DNA of 64,000 nt from Actinomycetota bacterium (GCA_005779395.1 SXJP01000039.1:22603-86602); one strand, 5' to 3'; counted from the first letter of the stretch, positions 1 to 11,409 are shown. Notes: generated by a model not told the origin, from the sequence alone. Made by a program: numbers and translations.

Positions 1-294
1 ACAGCTGCCGAGCTCAAGTCGAAGGTCGGTGGGCACGTAGTACAAGTTGGCTTTGCGACAGATTCCGAGTTCTCTGACGCTTTGCGAGCTCTCGAACGCG
101 AGGGGCTTGCCGCCGACTTCCCAAACCGGACCATCAATGTTCCGGCCCACGGGGCTTCTGATGTTGCGCCAATCGTGCGGTTGCTCGATGATGCCGGAAT
201 CGGGATAAGCGGACTCGAATTGCGTGAGCCAACACTCGACGATGTTTATTTCGCATTGACCAGCGCGCCCTCACACTTAGATCAGGCGAGATGA
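1..294 (+). CDS. ABC transporter ATP-binding protein, C-terminal fragment (gene begins upstream of window)
   Basis: Frame 1 is open from base 1 (TAAELKSKVGGHVVQVGF...LDDVYFALT) to the stop at 292-294. An ABC-2 permease gene follows 6 bp later, the DrrA/DrrB-type arrangement. Confidence 0.6.
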   Translation, partial: TAAELKSKVGGHVVQVGFATDSEFSDALRALEREGLAADFPNRTINVPAHGASDVAPIVRLLDDAGIGISGLELREPTLDDVYFALTSAPSHLDQAR

Positions 295-300
295 TCGACT

Positions 301-1167
301 ATGTCTTCTAGCGTTAACCCCACCAGCAACAAGCCCACGACTAACTTCTTCGTCGAGGTCATGATCCTTGTCGGACGCAACCTCCGAAAAATTCTCCGAG
401 TACCGCAGCTCGCCTTCTTTTCGCTGGTACAGCCTGTCCTTTTTCTAACGCTATTCAGCCAGGTGTTCCGTGGCCTTGCGTCGTCACCTGGATTCCCGCG
501 TGGAATCAACTACATCGACTACCTGCTGCCATCAATCGTCATTTCAACCGTCGCCCAGAATGCAGTGCAGAGCGCAGTCGGTATCGCGACAGACCTAAAT
601 ACAGGCATGATCGATAGGTTCCGAAGCCTTCCGATCACACGCGGTTCCGTGCTTTTCGCGCGGTCGATCTCTGACTTCTTGCGCTCCGGTTTTCAAGTTC
701 TAGTAATGCTCGCTCTCGGCTATGCGGTCTTCGGGTTCCGTTTCCACGGCGGGTTTCTGGGCGCAATCGGCATGGTCGGACTGTCGATGGCCTTCGCATG
801 GGCTCTGACTTGGATATTTCTTGCGTTCGGTGTTCAGACCAAGAATCCAGAGACCGCTCAGGTCGCTGGATTCATGGTGATTTTCCCTCTCATGTTTGCA
901 TCGAGTTCCTACGTGCCAGTAGAGACGCTTCCAGGCTGGTTGCAAGCGATCGCGCAGGTGAACCCGCTGAGTTATCTCGTTGACGCCACTCGGGCGCTCG
1001 TGCTCGGCTGGGATCTCTCGCCCGACCTGGCTCAAGCTGCCATAGCCATTGCCGCCGTAGCTGCCGCTGGAATGTTCCTTACGTTTCGAGCTTGGCGGTA
1101 CATCGGCCGACCGAAGTCAGCCGGCCGCGCTAAACGACCTCGCGGAGTTCCTGCTTCAGCTGATTGA
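301..1167 (+). CDS. ABC-2 type transporter permease (DrrB-like)
   Basis: 288 aa with multiple hydrophobic segments in an ABC-2 permease pattern. It sits directly downstream of the ATPase fragment. Confidence 0.8.
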   Translation: MSSSVNPTSNKPTTNFFVEVMILVGRNLRKILRVPQLAFFSLVQPVLFLTLFSQVFRGLASSPGFPRGINYIDYLLPSIVISTVAQNAVQSAVGIATDLNTGMIDRFRSLPITRGSVLFARSISDFLRSGFQVLVMLALGYAVFGFRFHGGFLGAIGMVGLSMAFAWALTWIFLAFGVQTKNPETAQVAGFMVIFPLMFASSSYVPVETLPGWLQAIAQVNPLSYLVDATRALVLGWDLSPDLAQAAIAIAAVAAAGMFLTFRAWRYIGRPKSAGRAKRPRGVPASAD

Positions 1168-3154
1168 TCTCGTCACGAAGCCTCGCTGCTTCTTCAAACC
1201 GCAAGTCGCGTGACGCATCAAGCATTTCGTCAGTCAGGGACGCGATCAGGCGGGCTAGCTCATCGTGGGGTAATCCAAGCTCCGTCAGTCTCGACGGCAA
1301 GCGCTTAGAACGGCTCGTGCTTCCGGTCAACGGCGCCGACTCGTCATCGTCCGCGCGACTTCTGACCATATCGAGGATGTCGATCACCTTCTTGCGGATG
1401 GTCTGCGGGTCAATTCCGTGTTCGGCGTTGTATTCGAGCTGTTTCTTCCTTCGTCGGGTCGTCTCTGAGATCGCTTTGCGCATCGAGTCGGTTACGCGGT
1501 CTGCGTACATGATCACCTGGCCGTCGACGTTGCGAGCAGCACGCCCAATCGTCTGCACGAGCGCAGTTTCAGAACGCAGAAAACCCTCTTTGTCGGCATC
1601 AAGAATCGCTACAAGTGAAACTTCCGGCAAGTCGAGACCCTCGCGTAGCAAGTTGATACCGATGAGAACATCAAACTCCCCGAGTCGGAGCGAACGGAGG
1701 ATCTCTACTCGTTCCATTGTCTTCACTTCGCTGTGCAAGTAGCGAACGCGTATTCCGAGTTCGAGTAGGTAGTCCGTGAGGTCTTCTGACATTTTCTTGG
1801 TGAGCGTCGTGACTAGGACTCGGGCTTCTTGTTCGACTCGCGCTCGAATCTCGAAAATGAGATCGTCGATCTGACCCTTAGTTGGGCGAATCAACACCTC
1901 GGGATCAATCAAACCGGTCGGCCTAACAACCTGCTCCACAATTTGGCTGCTGGTCTCGCGTTCGAATGGTCCCGGAGTAGCCGAGAGGAACACGCAATTC
2001 TTCACCTTCGAGAGGAACTCATCGAACTGCAATGGCCTGTTGTCTCGCGCACTTGGTAAGCGAAAACCGTGCTCGACAAGGGTGTCCTTGCGCGACCGGT
2101 CGCCCGCGAACTGCCCGCGTATCTGCGGAACTCCTACGTGACTCTCGTCGAGCACGATCAGGTAATCGTCTGGAAAATAGTCGAGGAGCGTGTACGGCGG
2201 TTCGCCGTAGACACGTCCGTCGAGATGCATCGAATAATTCTCGACGCCATTACATGAACCCACCTCACGCAACATTTCGAGGTCGTAGTTGGTCCGCATA
2301 CGCAGCCGTTGAGCTTCGAGCAACTTACTCTGCGACTCGAGTTCGGATAGCCGAACTACCAATTCGGCTTCGATACCCTCTATCGACTTAGCCAAGCGTT
2401 CTGGATTGGTTACATAGTGACTCGCAGGGAACAAAGCCATTCGGTCGAGTTCCTCGACGACCTCGCCCGTTAGTGGCTCTACCATCGTGATGCGCTCGAC
2501 CTCGTCGCCAAACATCGAGATTCGAATGGCGCGTTCCTCGTATGCAGGGAAAATTTCGATCGTGTCGCCGCGAACTCGAAACTTGTTACGCCCGAATGCA
2601 AAGTCGTTGCGCTCATATTGCAGGCCTACGAGCTTGCGGAGGATCGAGCGTTGGTCCTTCTGTTCGCCCACCTCGACCCAAAGCAACTGCTCGCCGTATG
2701 TCTCTGGCGACCCGAGCCCATAGATAGCCGATACCGAAGCAACGATGATCACGTCGCGACGAGTCAAGAGCGCGGCAGTCGCCGAGTGTCGTAGGCGGTC
2801 GATCTCGTCATTGATCGCGCTGTCTTTTTCGATGAACGTGTCGCTCGACGGAAGGTACGCCTCCGGCTGGTCATAGTCGTAGTAAGAGACGAAGTACTCG
2901 ACCCGATTCTTCGGGAAGAACTCTCTGAACTCCGCCGTCAGCTGAGCCGCTAGTGACTTGTTCGGGGCCAACACAATCGTTGGGCGTTGGACCTGAGCTA
3001 TGACATTCGCGATCGTAAAACTCTTACCGGACCCTGTAATTCCGAGCAGCGTCTGAAACTGCTCGCCATTCTGCACGCCAGCAACTAGCGCCCGTATCGC
3101 TTCCGGCTGGTCGCCCGCCGGAGAAAGCTCCGAGACGAGTTCTAGGTCTGTCAT
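1130..3154 (-). CDS. uvrB: excinuclease ABC subunit B
   Basis: 674 aa with Walker A GITGSGKS, helicase motifs, and a C-terminal UVR coiled coil ([17 protein letters not shown]). Confidence 0.97.
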   Translation of the reverse strand: MTDLELVSELSPAGDQPEAIRALVAGVQNGEQFQTLLGITGSGKSFTIANVIAQVQRPTIVLAPNKSLAAQLTAEFREFFPKNRVEYFVSYYDYDQPEAYLPSSDTFIEKDSAINDEIDRLRHSATAALLTRRDVIIVASVSAIYGLGSPETYGEQLLWVEVGEQKDQRSILRKLVGLQYERNDFAFGRNKFRVRGDTIEIFPAYEERAIRISMFGDEVERITMVEPLTGEVVEELDRMALFPASHYVTNPERLAKSIEGIEAELVVRLSELESQSKLLEAQRLRMRTNYDLEMLREVGSCNGVENYSMHLDGRVYGEPPYTLLDYFPDDYLIVLDESHVGVPQIRGQFAGDRSRKDTLVEHGFRLPSARDNRPLQFDEFLSKVKNCVFLSATPGPFERETSSQIVEQVVRPTGLIDPEVLIRPTKGQIDDLIFEIRARVEQEARVLVTTLTKKMSEDLTDYLLELGIRVRYLHSEVKTMERVEILRSLRLGEFDVLIGINLLREGLDLPEVSLVAILDADKEGFLRSETALVQTIGRAARNVDGQVIMYADRVTDSMRKAISETTRRRKKQLEYNAEHGIDPQTIRKKVIDILDMVRSRADDDESAPLTGSTSRSKRLPSRLTELGLPHDELARLIASLTDEMLDASRDLRFEEAARLRDEINQLKQELREVV

Positions 3155-3175
3155 CGCATCCGATCCTACGGACCG

Positions 3176-3793
3176 CTACTGACTGTCAATCTCTAGCAGC
3201 GCATGCCAAATTTCATCGACCTGAGTTTCGAGTTCAGCGAGTCCACCAGAGTTGTCTACAACTCGCGTCGCGTGCTCACGACGTTCGGCATCGGTCGCTT
3301 GTTGAGCGATCCTTCGACGTGAATCGTCGGCTGAGAGGCCACGCTCCTCTAAACGAGATAGTCGGGTCTCGAGTGGAGCTTCGACCACGATGACATACGC
3401 ATAATCGGGCAAGGAATTGCTAGCTGTCTCCTGCGCCTTCTTACGGCTTTCGGCAAGCAGCGGCACATCGTGGATCACGATTGCGTCCGGTGCACACTCC
3501 CCCAATTGACGCAAGAACTCATGGCCTATCGCTGGGTGAGTGATGGCTTCGAGGTCCGCTCGGGCCTCTGATGAACCAAAAGCCATTTCGGCTAGACGTG
3601 GTCGAACTAGCGATCCAGAGTCGTCAAGGATCTCGCTGCCGAACCGTTTTACAAGCTGCGCGAGAGCATCGCTGCCTGGCTCTACGACCTTGCGCGCTAT
3701 GAGATCTGCATCGATAACAACGGCACCGCGAGTTGCGAGCAGTGCCGCAACTGTTGACTTGCCTGAGCCAATTCCACCCGTCAATCCAACCAT
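3176..3793 (-). CDS. coaE: dephospho-CoA kinase
   Basis: ATG 3793 gives MVGLTGGIGSGKST, a P-loop at the N-terminus as in CoaE. The longer track ORF (to 3952) adds non-homologous sequence. Confidence 0.9.
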   Translation of the reverse strand: MVGLTGGIGSGKSTVAALLATRGAVVIDADLIARKVVEPGSDALAQLVKRFGSEILDDSGSLVRPRLAEMAFGSSEARADLEAITHPAIGHEFLRQLGECAPDAIVIHDVPLLAESRKKAQETASNSLPDYAYVIVVEAPLETRLSRLEERGLSADDSRRRIAQQATDAERREHATRVVDNSGGLAELETQVDEIWHALLEIDSQ

Positions 3794-3834
3794 CAACACG
3801 AAAAAAGAGTCTACGGCTTCGCGTTGAAGTGCCG

Positions 3835-5559
3835 ATGAAGCACATAGGCCCAATGACCTACCACCCAAATGAGGCGATGAATACACACCGTGACGCGACG
3901 GAGGCTCCGAGCCCTCTACTCGCCAAAACTGATTCAGTGAACCCCCCGACACTTCCCCGTCTGCAGTTCCTCGCGACTGGAGCGCGGTGGACCACGACTC
4001 TGCTCGGAATTGGCATCGCTACATGGCGCGATCCGGGAAACCCGATTGCTTGGGCATGCGCAGCAAGTCTTGTCGCGTTCACTGTCTGGCAGACCGTCGA
4101 ACGGATGGACCTCGAGAGCACCCCTCGGCATCTGCCGTTAGTAGTTGTCATTGAACTCCTCATCGCAATAATCGCCGCATCCGTGACAGGCGGACTCGAG
4201 AGCCCGTATGTGCTCGCCCCGATGGTGCCACTAATGCTGGCGGGCTACTCCTGGGGCAAGACACGAGCGCGCGGCCTGGCTTATGCAGAAGGTGCGGTCA
4301 TCGTTGCCCTCGGTTTCGCGTCTATCGCGTCACCGACTTCTTCACGGTCGACGCTCTTGTTAGGAATCGTGTACTCGCTGTGCACGATTCTTGGAGCGGT
4401 AATACGTCGGCTGAATGACGACGCCAGTATTCAGCAGACAGCGGCGGCAAGCCAGGTGTCGAGCATGATTAGAGCTAACGACATGCTCGTGACGCTGCAT
4501 GCACTTGCTCAGACGCTGCCATCTTCTTTAGATCTGACAGAAGTCACAGATTCACTGAGGTTGAGACTTAGAGATCAATACTCGTACACATCGCTGCTCG
4601 TCCTGGTTCGCGAGGAGTCAAGCGAACTATGGCGCACCGCCTTGGCCGACGGCGTGCGAGCTGACAAGACCATGCGGTCCTGTGACCTACCCATCGCTCT
4701 GCAGATGGCACAGACGACGAACCAGCCATTGGCAGTCGGCGACCTGCTCGCCTCTACTACGACCGGATACCTACCAGACGCACGCTCAGGTATCTACGCA
4801 GCCCTTCATGCTCGCGGCAAGGTCGTGGCCTTGATCGCAATCGAGAATGCCGAACCAAATACCTACGGCCAAATCGAAGCAATTGAATTCGGATCCATAA
4901 CTGGATCGTTGGCCCTAGCGATGGACAACGCTATTTGGTTCTCCCACTTACGTCGGTTTGGCGCAGAGGCCGAACGCTCGCGCATCGCACGGGATTTACA
5001 CGACCGTGTCGCACAGTCACTCGCGTATGTCGCGTTTGAACTCGAACGACTCTCAGATGAAAATGCCGTACGAAGCACTGCCGAGATTGGCGAAGTACGC
5101 GACGTGATTCGCAGCGTCGTAACAGAACTTCGCGACACGCTCTATGAACTCAGAGCAAGCGTGAGTTCCGAATCAGATTTTGCGGGGGTCGCCGAACGGT
5201 ACCTCGACCGCTACGAACGACGCACGGGGTTAGCGGTCCACTTCGACCACAACGTCCTAATAAGGCCAGCTGTGGCGGTCGAACAGGAACTATGGCGGAT
5301 CACTCAAGAAGCGCTCGAAAACGCGGCACGACACGCGCGGGCCGAAACCGTGAAGGTCGCCTATTCGGCGGCTAGCGGACAGATCGTATTGATAGTTGAT
5401 GATGATGGCATCGGATTCATGCCCAATATGCATGATCGCGATCGATTCGGCCTTGTGGGCATGCGAGAACGTGCCGATGCAATCGGAGCCGAGCTGCAAG
5501 TTGACAGTTGGCCGGGCCGAGGAACTCGGATCCGCGTGAAAATGGAGGTCGGTTCTTGA
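3835..5559 (+). CDS. membrane-bound GAF-domain sensor histidine kinase (HisKA_3/NarX-type)
   Basis: About 5 N-terminal hydrophobic segments, then a GAF-like middle region. H-box RIARDLHDRVAQSL and an HATPase_c region (DDDGIGF, GLVGMRERA) follow. ATG 3835 avoids overlap with coaE. Confidence 0.85.
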   Translation: MKHIGPMTYHPNEAMNTHRDATEAPSPLLAKTDSVNPPTLPRLQFLATGARWTTTLLGIGIATWRDPGNPIAWACAASLVAFTVWQTVERMDLESTPRHLPLVVVIELLIAIIAASVTGGLESPYVLAPMVPLMLAGYSWGKTRARGLAYAEGAVIVALGFASIASPTSSRSTLLLGIVYSLCTILGAVIRRLNDDASIQQTAAASQVSSMIRANDMLVTLHALAQTLPSSLDLTEVTDSLRLRLRDQYSYTSLLVLVREESSELWRTALADGVRADKTMRSCDLPIALQMAQTTNQPLAVGDLLASTTTGYLPDARSGIYAALHARGKVVALIAIENAEPNTYGQIEAIEFGSITGSLALAMDNAIWFSHLRRFGAEAERSRIARDLHDRVAQSLAYVAFELERLSDENAVRSTAEIGEVRDVIRSVVTELRDTLYELRASVSSESDFAGVAERYLDRYERRTGLAVHFDHNVLIRPAVAVEQELWRITQEALENAARHARAETVKVAYSAASGQIVLIVDDDGIGFMPNMHDRDRFGLVGMRERADAIGAELQVDSWPGRGTRIRVKMEVGS

Positions 5560-6200
5560 CACGTGTATTGCTAGCTGATGATCACCAGTTGTTGCGCCAG
5601 GCATTGCGGCGCGCACTAGAAGATGCCGGAGTAATGGTGGTTGGCGAAGCCGCCGACGGCGACGAAGCAACCCGTCTTGTCGATGAGCTACGACCAGACC
5701 TTGTGGTCATGGATGTAACGATGCCCGTGCTCGACGGAATCGAAGCAACGCGTCGCATCCACCGGTCGAATCCGGCGCTGCCGATCGTCATGCTCACAAT
5801 GCACGGCGAATTCGAATTACGCGAGCAAGCAGCGCGCGCTGGCGCCGCAGCATTCCTAACGAAAGATTCCGCAATGCATGAGGTCGTCTCGACGGTCCTC
5901 GAGACAGCTGCTGGTTCGACCTTGTCGCCGAACCTTGCAAGCACGATTCTTGCGGACTTCTCCAACTTGGGCACAACCTTGCCCCCGCGCCCGAACGAGT
6001 CGCCACTCACGAAGCGAGAAGAGGAAGTACTTCAAGAGATTGCCGACGGTTACTCGACGACCGAAGTTGCTGCGAGACTTTTCATCAGTGTGAAGACTGT
6101 GAAGAACCATCTCGCTTCGGTTTACGAAAAACTCGATGCACGCGACCGCACTCAAGCCGTACTATCAGCCGTGCGCATCGGGATCATCCGCATCGCATAA
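5556..6200 (+). CDS. response regulator, NarL/LuxR family
   Basis: Receiver domain (VLLADDH...DLVVMDVTMP) plus a LuxR HTH (LTKREEEVLQEIADGYSTTEVAARLFISVKTVKNHL). TTG 5556 overlaps the kinase stop (TTGA) and GGAGG lies 7 nt upstream. ATG 5508 is the alternative start. Confidence 0.88.
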   Translation: MTRVLLADDHQLLRQALRRALEDAGVMVVGEAADGDEATRLVDELRPDLVVMDVTMPVLDGIEATRRIHRSNPALPIVMLTMHGEFELREQAARAGAAAFLTKDSAMHEVVSTVLETAAGSTLSPNLASTILADFSNLGTTLPPRPNESPLTKREEEVLQEIADGYSTTEVAARLFISVKTVKNHLASVYEKLDARDRTQAVLSAVRIGIIRIA

Positions 6201-6458
6201 CTCCAACAATTGCGGCCGTTCATGCGACGGGCAGACGCTGTGTAGGTGATTTGGTGCGGCTGACCTATTCCGAAATCGGTTCGAGAGCGTCATGCTGGTG
6301 TCTTGAAACTCCACCGACGTTGGCGCTCTCTTTCGATATCCCTGCGCCAACGTGGCGCGACGCGCATTGAGGTCGTCCTGTTACTGGCATTCATCGCGCT
6401 TGCCCTGACCGTCGCACTCGTGGTGCTCGGGCCAGGAACAAGTCCGAGTCAGAGCTAG

Positions 6459-7814
6459 TTAGCCCTCGACCGTTTCGGCGCCTTCACTCTCCGCCGCTAC
6501 TTCACTGGCAGGCTCCGACACTTCGGCCGCTGCGACAGCTTCGCCGTCTGCTGTTGCCTCGGCTACAAAATCCGTGCCGATGTAGTTGCCGTGCTCGTCG
6601 AAAGCATGATCGCCGTAGATGTCTTGGTATTCAGCCGAAACGTTCCCACCTTCGGCAGCCTGCTTGATCGAGAGTGATATGCGACGACGTTCAAGATCGA
6701 CGTCGATGATCTTCACCCACAGTTCCTCGCCTGGCTGCACTACCTGCTCGGCTGCTTCAACGTGATGTACGGCCATTTCAGAAATGTGGACAAGGCCTTC
6801 GATACCTTCGCCGACCTGCACGAAACCACCGAATGGCACGAGTTTCGTTACCTTGCCATACACGAGTTCGCCTACCTGGTGGCTGTCCGCGAATTCTTGC
6901 CACGGGTCGAGTTGCGTTGCTTTGAGCGAGAGGCTGATGCGCTCGCGGCTCAGGTCGACTTCGAGCACTTGAACCGTGACCTCATCGCCGACTTGGACTA
7001 CCGAGCTTGGGTGATCGACGTGCTTCCACGAAAGCTCGGAAACGTGTACGAGTCCGTCCATTCCACCGAGATCGACGAATGCACCAAAGTTGACGACGCT
7101 ACTCACGACACCTGGACGGATCTCTCCTGGTTGCAGATTCGTAAGGAACTCATCACGCTGATCACGTTGGTTCTCTTCTAGGAACGCACGGCGGCTCAGG
7201 ACAACGTTGTTGCGATTCTTGTCCAACTCGATGATCTTGCACTCGAGGTGGCGTCCAACAAACGGCATGAGATCGCGGACCCGACGAAGGTCGACGAGCG
7301 ACGCTGGCAGGAAGCCGCGAAGTCCGATGTCGACGATGAGTCCGCCCTTGACAACTTCGATGACCAGACCTGAGACGATACCGTCGGTCTCCTTGAGCTT
7401 CTCGATCGCTCCCCACGCACGTTCGTACAAAGCGCGCTTCTTCGAAAGAATCAGGCGACCTTCCTTGTCTTCTTTCTGAAGGACTAGCGCTTCGACTTCC
7501 TCGCCGAGAGAAACAATCTCCGCCGGGTTGACATCGTTGCGAATCGAGAGTTCCTTGGCGGGAATCACACCTTCGGTCTTGTATCCGATGTCGAGGAGCA
7601 CTTCGTCTGTGTCGATCTTTACGACCGTGCCCTTGACGACGTCTCCATCTTCGAAGTTGACAATCGTCTTGTCGATGGCCTCTTCGAGCGACATGTCGCC
7701 GAGGTCGTTCTCAACTATGACTACAAGTTGTTCCATTGACTCAGAGCCTGCATCGACGATCCCGTCGGTGGCTTCAGATGAATCAACGACAATTTCCGTT
7801 TCAATGTCTGACAT
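6459..7814 (-). CDS. rpsA: 30S ribosomal protein S1
   Basis: Repeated S1 RNA-binding domains (GxVxG...V.V.G..GLVH.SE). ATG 7814 (MSDIETEIVV) is preferred over the longer track ORF. Confidence 0.95.
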   Translation of the reverse strand: MSDIETEIVVDSSEATDGIVDAGSESMEQLVVIVENDLGDMSLEEAIDKTIVNFEDGDVVKGTVVKIDTDEVLLDIGYKTEGVIPAKELSIRNDVNPAEIVSLGEEVEALVLQKEDKEGRLILSKKRALYERAWGAIEKLKETDGIVSGLVIEVVKGGLIVDIGLRGFLPASLVDLRRVRDLMPFVGRHLECKIIELDKNRNNVVLSRRAFLEENQRDQRDEFLTNLQPGEIRPGVVSSVVNFGAFVDLGGMDGLVHVSELSWKHVDHPSSVVQVGDEVTVQVLEVDLSRERISLSLKATQLDPWQEFADSHQVGELVYGKVTKLVPFGGFVQVGEGIEGLVHISEMAVHHVEAAEQVVQPGEELWVKIIDVDLERRRISLSIKQAAEGGNVSAEYQDIYGDHAFDEHGNYIGTDFVAEATADGEAVAAAEVSEPASEVAAESEGAETVEG

Positions 7815-7937
7815 AACAAACCAACTAAAGCTCGCGGCACATCTTGTGCCTAGATCCTTCGAGACAACACGGGATCGGTTGATCGCGTTGCCAAGAACCA
7901 GTCCGACGGACCGGTCAGGCAAGATTAGTTGTGTCGC

Positions 7938-8675
7938 TCAGCAGCCAAGAATTCGGGTACCGAGCAGTAGCAATTCTGGACGGTCCAAGGTAACTGCGTG
8001 AGGACCGTAGTCGCCGGGTGTCACGCCATGGATTGCGTCGACTTCAAGATCCGAACCGCGAGCGAGCAGACGAAGCTCCCTTGCTGTGAAACACGTAGTC
8101 CAAAGATCGAACTCTTCCTCGGCGCCATCGGCATTACGGAGCGTTGCGCGTTCATGATTGACGCCCGAGACGAGATTGAAATTGTCGTTCGTCTCCAACC
8201 AGCGGACCGCGAAGTACGACGAAAAGGCGCTCAGAGCGACGCGACCGCCGGTCTTCAGGGCCTTCACGAGACGACTGACGAGCACCGCGTCTTCGGCTCC
8301 ACCGAGAAGACCGAACCCACCTTGACAGAGGCAGATAAGGGCATCGAATTCACCATCGATATCGAGTTCGTTGATATCGCCAACTTCGAACGTTGCATCA
8401 AGTGCCTCTGACCGTGCGCTCTTGCGCGCTAAGTCGATGAATGTCTCCGAAAGGTCGATGCCGTGGGCGCTGATGCCGCGACGAGCGAGTTCGAGGCTGT
8501 GGCGACCGGGTCCACAACCGACATCAAGTACACGCATGCCAGGTTTGAGACCGAACGAATCCACGATGAAGTCAACCTCTTGTTTCGTCCCGTATGTGAA
8601 CGCATTGCGCAAGTAGGCAGTACCGAGGAAATCCGCGAGAGGATTGAACCAACCGATGCCTCTGAACTCCCCCAC
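7938..8675 (-). CDS. class I SAM-dependent methyltransferase
   Basis: Motif I VLDVGCGPGRHSLELARRG. GTG 8675 lies 7 nt after the polA stop. TTG 8723 is the longest alternative and overlaps polA by 41 nt. Confidence 0.8.
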   Translation of the reverse strand: MGEFRGIGWFNPLADFLGTAYLRNAFTYGTKQEVDFIVDSFGLKPGMRVLDVGCGPGRHSLELARRGISAHGIDLSETFIDLARKSARSEALDATFEVGDINELDIDGEFDALICLCQGGFGLLGGAEDAVLVSRLVKALKTGGRVALSAFSSYFAVRWLETNDNFNLVSGVNHERATLRNADGAEEEFDLWTTCFTARELRLLARGSDLEVDAIHGVTPGDYGPHAVTLDRPELLLLGTRILGC

Positions 8676-8682
8676 GACTGCG

Positions 8683-11355
8683 TTACTTCGCCTCGGCCCA
8701 GTTCGGACCAAACCCCGTGTCAACCACTAACGGCACGCGCAGTTCGCAGACGTTTTCCATCGCACCGCGCACGAGTGCTGTGATCGCTTCAAGTTCTGCA
8801 TTGGGGACTTCAAACACAAGTTCATCATGCACTGTCATGATCATGCGCGTGCGGTATCCACCAGCCGCAAGAGCACGGTCACAGTCGATCATGGCCAACT
8901 TGAAAATGTCGGCTGCAGCGCCCTGTGCCGGCGCGTTCTGCGCCATGCGTTCGCCCATCTGGCGGATTCGGAAATTGTCGCTTGCAATTTCGGGGATTTG
9001 ACGACGTCTGCCGAACATCGTGGTGGTGTAGCCGTTAGCCGTCGCTCCGATGACCGTATTAGAAGTGAACTCGCGAATGAGTGGAAAGCTTGCGAAGTAC
9101 GCGTCAAGAAGCTCTTGAGCCAAGCCCGTCGCTATGTCGAGACGTTGCCCTAGTCCGTAAGCCTCCATGCCGTAGGCCAACCCGTAGTTGACCATCTTGG
9201 CAACGTTTCTTTGGTTGCTGTCGACCTCGCCTTCGGGAACGTTGAATACCTTGGCAGCTGTAGCCGCGTGAATGTCGGCGCCTCGCTCGAATGCGTCGAT
9301 AAGCCCAGGGTCCCCGGAGAGGTGAGCGATGACGCGAAGCTCGATCTGGCTGTAATCCGCAGACAGCAAAGTGCAACCATCGTCAACAATGAACGCGCGG
9401 CGTAACGACTTGCCTATTTCTGTCCGCGTAGGAATGTTCTGAAGGTTCGGATTTTCGCTAGACACGCGACCGGTGGCAGTACCTAGTTGATTGAATCTCG
9501 CGTGTATGCGCCCGTCAGCCTGTACGAGCGGTGGGAGCGCATCGGCATAAGTGTTGCGGAGTTTCTCGACCTCGCGGTATGCAAGGATCTCGGCGACGAT
9601 GGGGTGATGTCCACTCAATTTCTGTAGTGAGTCTGCATCGGTCGACGGCCCCGTTTTGGTCTTCTTTACTGGAGTTAGTCCGAGCTTTTCGAATAGAACT
9701 GTCCGTAACTGCGGCACAGAATTGATTACAAAAGATTCACCTGCGAACTCATGAATTCTTGCTTCGTGTTCTCTGGCCTTCTCTGCCAGATCTTTGCTGA
9801 GCGAGCGCAAGAAGTCGACATCGATTCTGACTCCGCCAGCTTCCATTCGCCCTAAGACCGGAACGAGTGGCCTTTCGAATTTGTCGTAGAGCTGGGTCAG
9901 ATCTCTAGCATCGAGCGCTTCCCGCAGTTTGTCGGCCAGCACCAGGACAGCTGCTGCATTCCTGCCAGCCTGGTTGATTGCACTTTCACCGCCGAAGTCG
10001 AGAGTTCCGTCGGTTGCGTCAGGCGAGCTGAGTTCAACTCCGAGATAACGCTGCGCTAGACGGTCGAGCGAGTATTTGCCGTCCGCTGGATCGATTAGGT
10101 ACGCCATCACCGCTGTGTCGGCATCTAGTGAAGAAAACTCAGGGTTTCCGAGCCCATGAACAAGCTCTTTCGCTCGGTGCGAGATGACTCTGGCGCCGCC
10201 TTCGAAAATTCGCGCGATCTCGGTGCGCACTGCCGTGACGGCGAGCACATTTGCCGGGATATAGGTGGCAGAGTCCGCCGATACGGCGATCGCGACTCCA
10301 TCGAGGTCGTATCGATTTTGATCGGCCCATCGCGGTTCTATCGCGACGGAACCCTTGATCGAGGCAAGGAGTTCAATCACGCGGCCTGTGTCATTAGCAA
10401 TTTCTACGTCTACGTCGAAACCAGCAACCTCGACAGAGTTCGAGTTCGGTCCTGCAGCGCCGCCAACCGCTTCGATGATCCGCGCGTATAGCTGGCGAAA
10501 CTCGAGTTGGTTGCACAACGCGAGTAGCTCGTCGGTGTCGAAATGGCCTTGCACCAAGTCGGCTACTTCGACTCCTACATCGACATCGCGACGAAGGATG
10601 GACATCTGCCTGTTCCTGAACACGCGGGCTTTGAACTCTGCGAGATTATGTTGTTGCTTCGGTGGCAGGTCTTTGAGGTTTTCGAAAATCGTCTCGAGAT
10701 CGCCGTAGGCAGCGATCAGTTTTGCAGCCGTCTTCTCCCCGATACCAGGAACTCCTGGAAGGTTGTCGGAAGCGTCGCCTCGCATGGCCGCATAGTTCGG
10801 ATACTGCGCAGGCGTGACGCCCGTCCGCTCGAATATTCCTGCCTCGTCGTAGAAGGCGTAGTCGCTCACGCCACGCTTGTTGTATAGGACCCTTATGTGC
10901 GGGTCTTGAACGAGTTGATAACTGTCGCGATCGCCAGTGACGATAATTACATCGATGCTTAGTTCCGCAGCGCGAGTGGCGAGCGTCGCGATCACATCAT
11001 CGGCTTCGACCCCCACGACCTCAAGTTGCGGAATCTGTAGCGTTTTTAGGACCTCGCGAATGAGCGGCCACTGGGAGCGAAAAATATCTGGAGTCGGAGG
11101 TCGCCCAGCCTTGTAATCGGGATACATCTCGAATCGTTCGGTCGAACCGCCAGGCGCATCAAAAATTACGGCGACCAGATCGGGCCTGTGATCCGAAATC
11201 ACCTTTGAGAGCATCGCTGTGAATCCGTACACAGCATTTGTGTATGTACCTGTACTCGTAGCCATGTCTGCTGGCATCGCGAAGAAGGCTCGATAGGCAA
11301 GTGAGTTACCGTCGAGCAACAACAACGTTTTGCGATCACTGTCGTCCGTGGCCAT
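8683..11355 (-). CDS. polA: DNA polymerase I
   Basis: 890 aa with a 5'-nuclease N-domain (LLLLDGNSLAYRAFFA) and C-terminal Pol A motifs (DYSQIELR, QVHDELVFE-type TVHDELVFEV). Confidence 0.97.
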   Translation of the reverse strand: MATDDSDRKTLLLLDGNSLAYRAFFAMPADMATSTGTYTNAVYGFTAMLSKVISDHRPDLVAVIFDAPGGSTERFEMYPDYKAGRPPTPDIFRSQWPLIREVLKTLQIPQLEVVGVEADDVIATLATRAAELSIDVIIVTGDRDSYQLVQDPHIRVLYNKRGVSDYAFYDEAGIFERTGVTPAQYPNYAAMRGDASDNLPGVPGIGEKTAAKLIAAYGDLETIFENLKDLPPKQQHNLAEFKARVFRNRQMSILRRDVDVGVEVADLVQGHFDTDELLALCNQLEFRQLYARIIEAVGGAAGPNSNSVEVAGFDVDVEIANDTGRVIELLASIKGSVAIEPRWADQNRYDLDGVAIAVSADSATYIPANVLAVTAVRTEIARIFEGGARVISHRAKELVHGLGNPEFSSLDADTAVMAYLIDPADGKYSLDRLAQRYLGVELSSPDATDGTLDFGGESAINQAGRNAAAVLVLADKLREALDARDLTQLYDKFERPLVPVLGRMEAGGVRIDVDFLRSLSKDLAEKAREHEARIHEFAGESFVINSVPQLRTVLFEKLGLTPVKKTKTGPSTDADSLQKLSGHHPIVAEILAYREVEKLRNTYADALPPLVQADGRIHARFNQLGTATGRVSSENPNLQNIPTRTEIGKSLRRAFIVDDGCTLLSADYSQIELRVIAHLSGDPGLIDAFERGADIHAATAAKVFNVPEGEVDSNQRNVAKMVNYGLAYGMEAYGLGQRLDIATGLAQELLDAYFASFPLIREFTSNTVIGATANGYTTTMFGRRRQIPEIASDNFRIRQMGERMAQNAPAQGAAADIFKLAMIDCDRALAAGGYRTRMIMTVHDELVFEVPNAELEAITALVRGAMENVCELRVPLVVDTGFGPNWAEAK

Positions 11356-11409
11356 GCGGTCAGACTAGGGCGAAGCTGAGACGAGCCTTCTCGACAGCTT
11401 CATTCGCAA

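Noticed and set aside
6303-6458. A 51-codon TTG ORF encoding KLHRRWRSLS...IEVVLLLAFIALALTVALVVLGPGTSPSQS, a basic head plus one TM, between the response regulator and the rpsA 3' end.
   Set aside because: It has no RBS, a TTG start and no recognisable family, and it is too short to support from sequence alone. It may be a real small membrane peptide but remains unproven.
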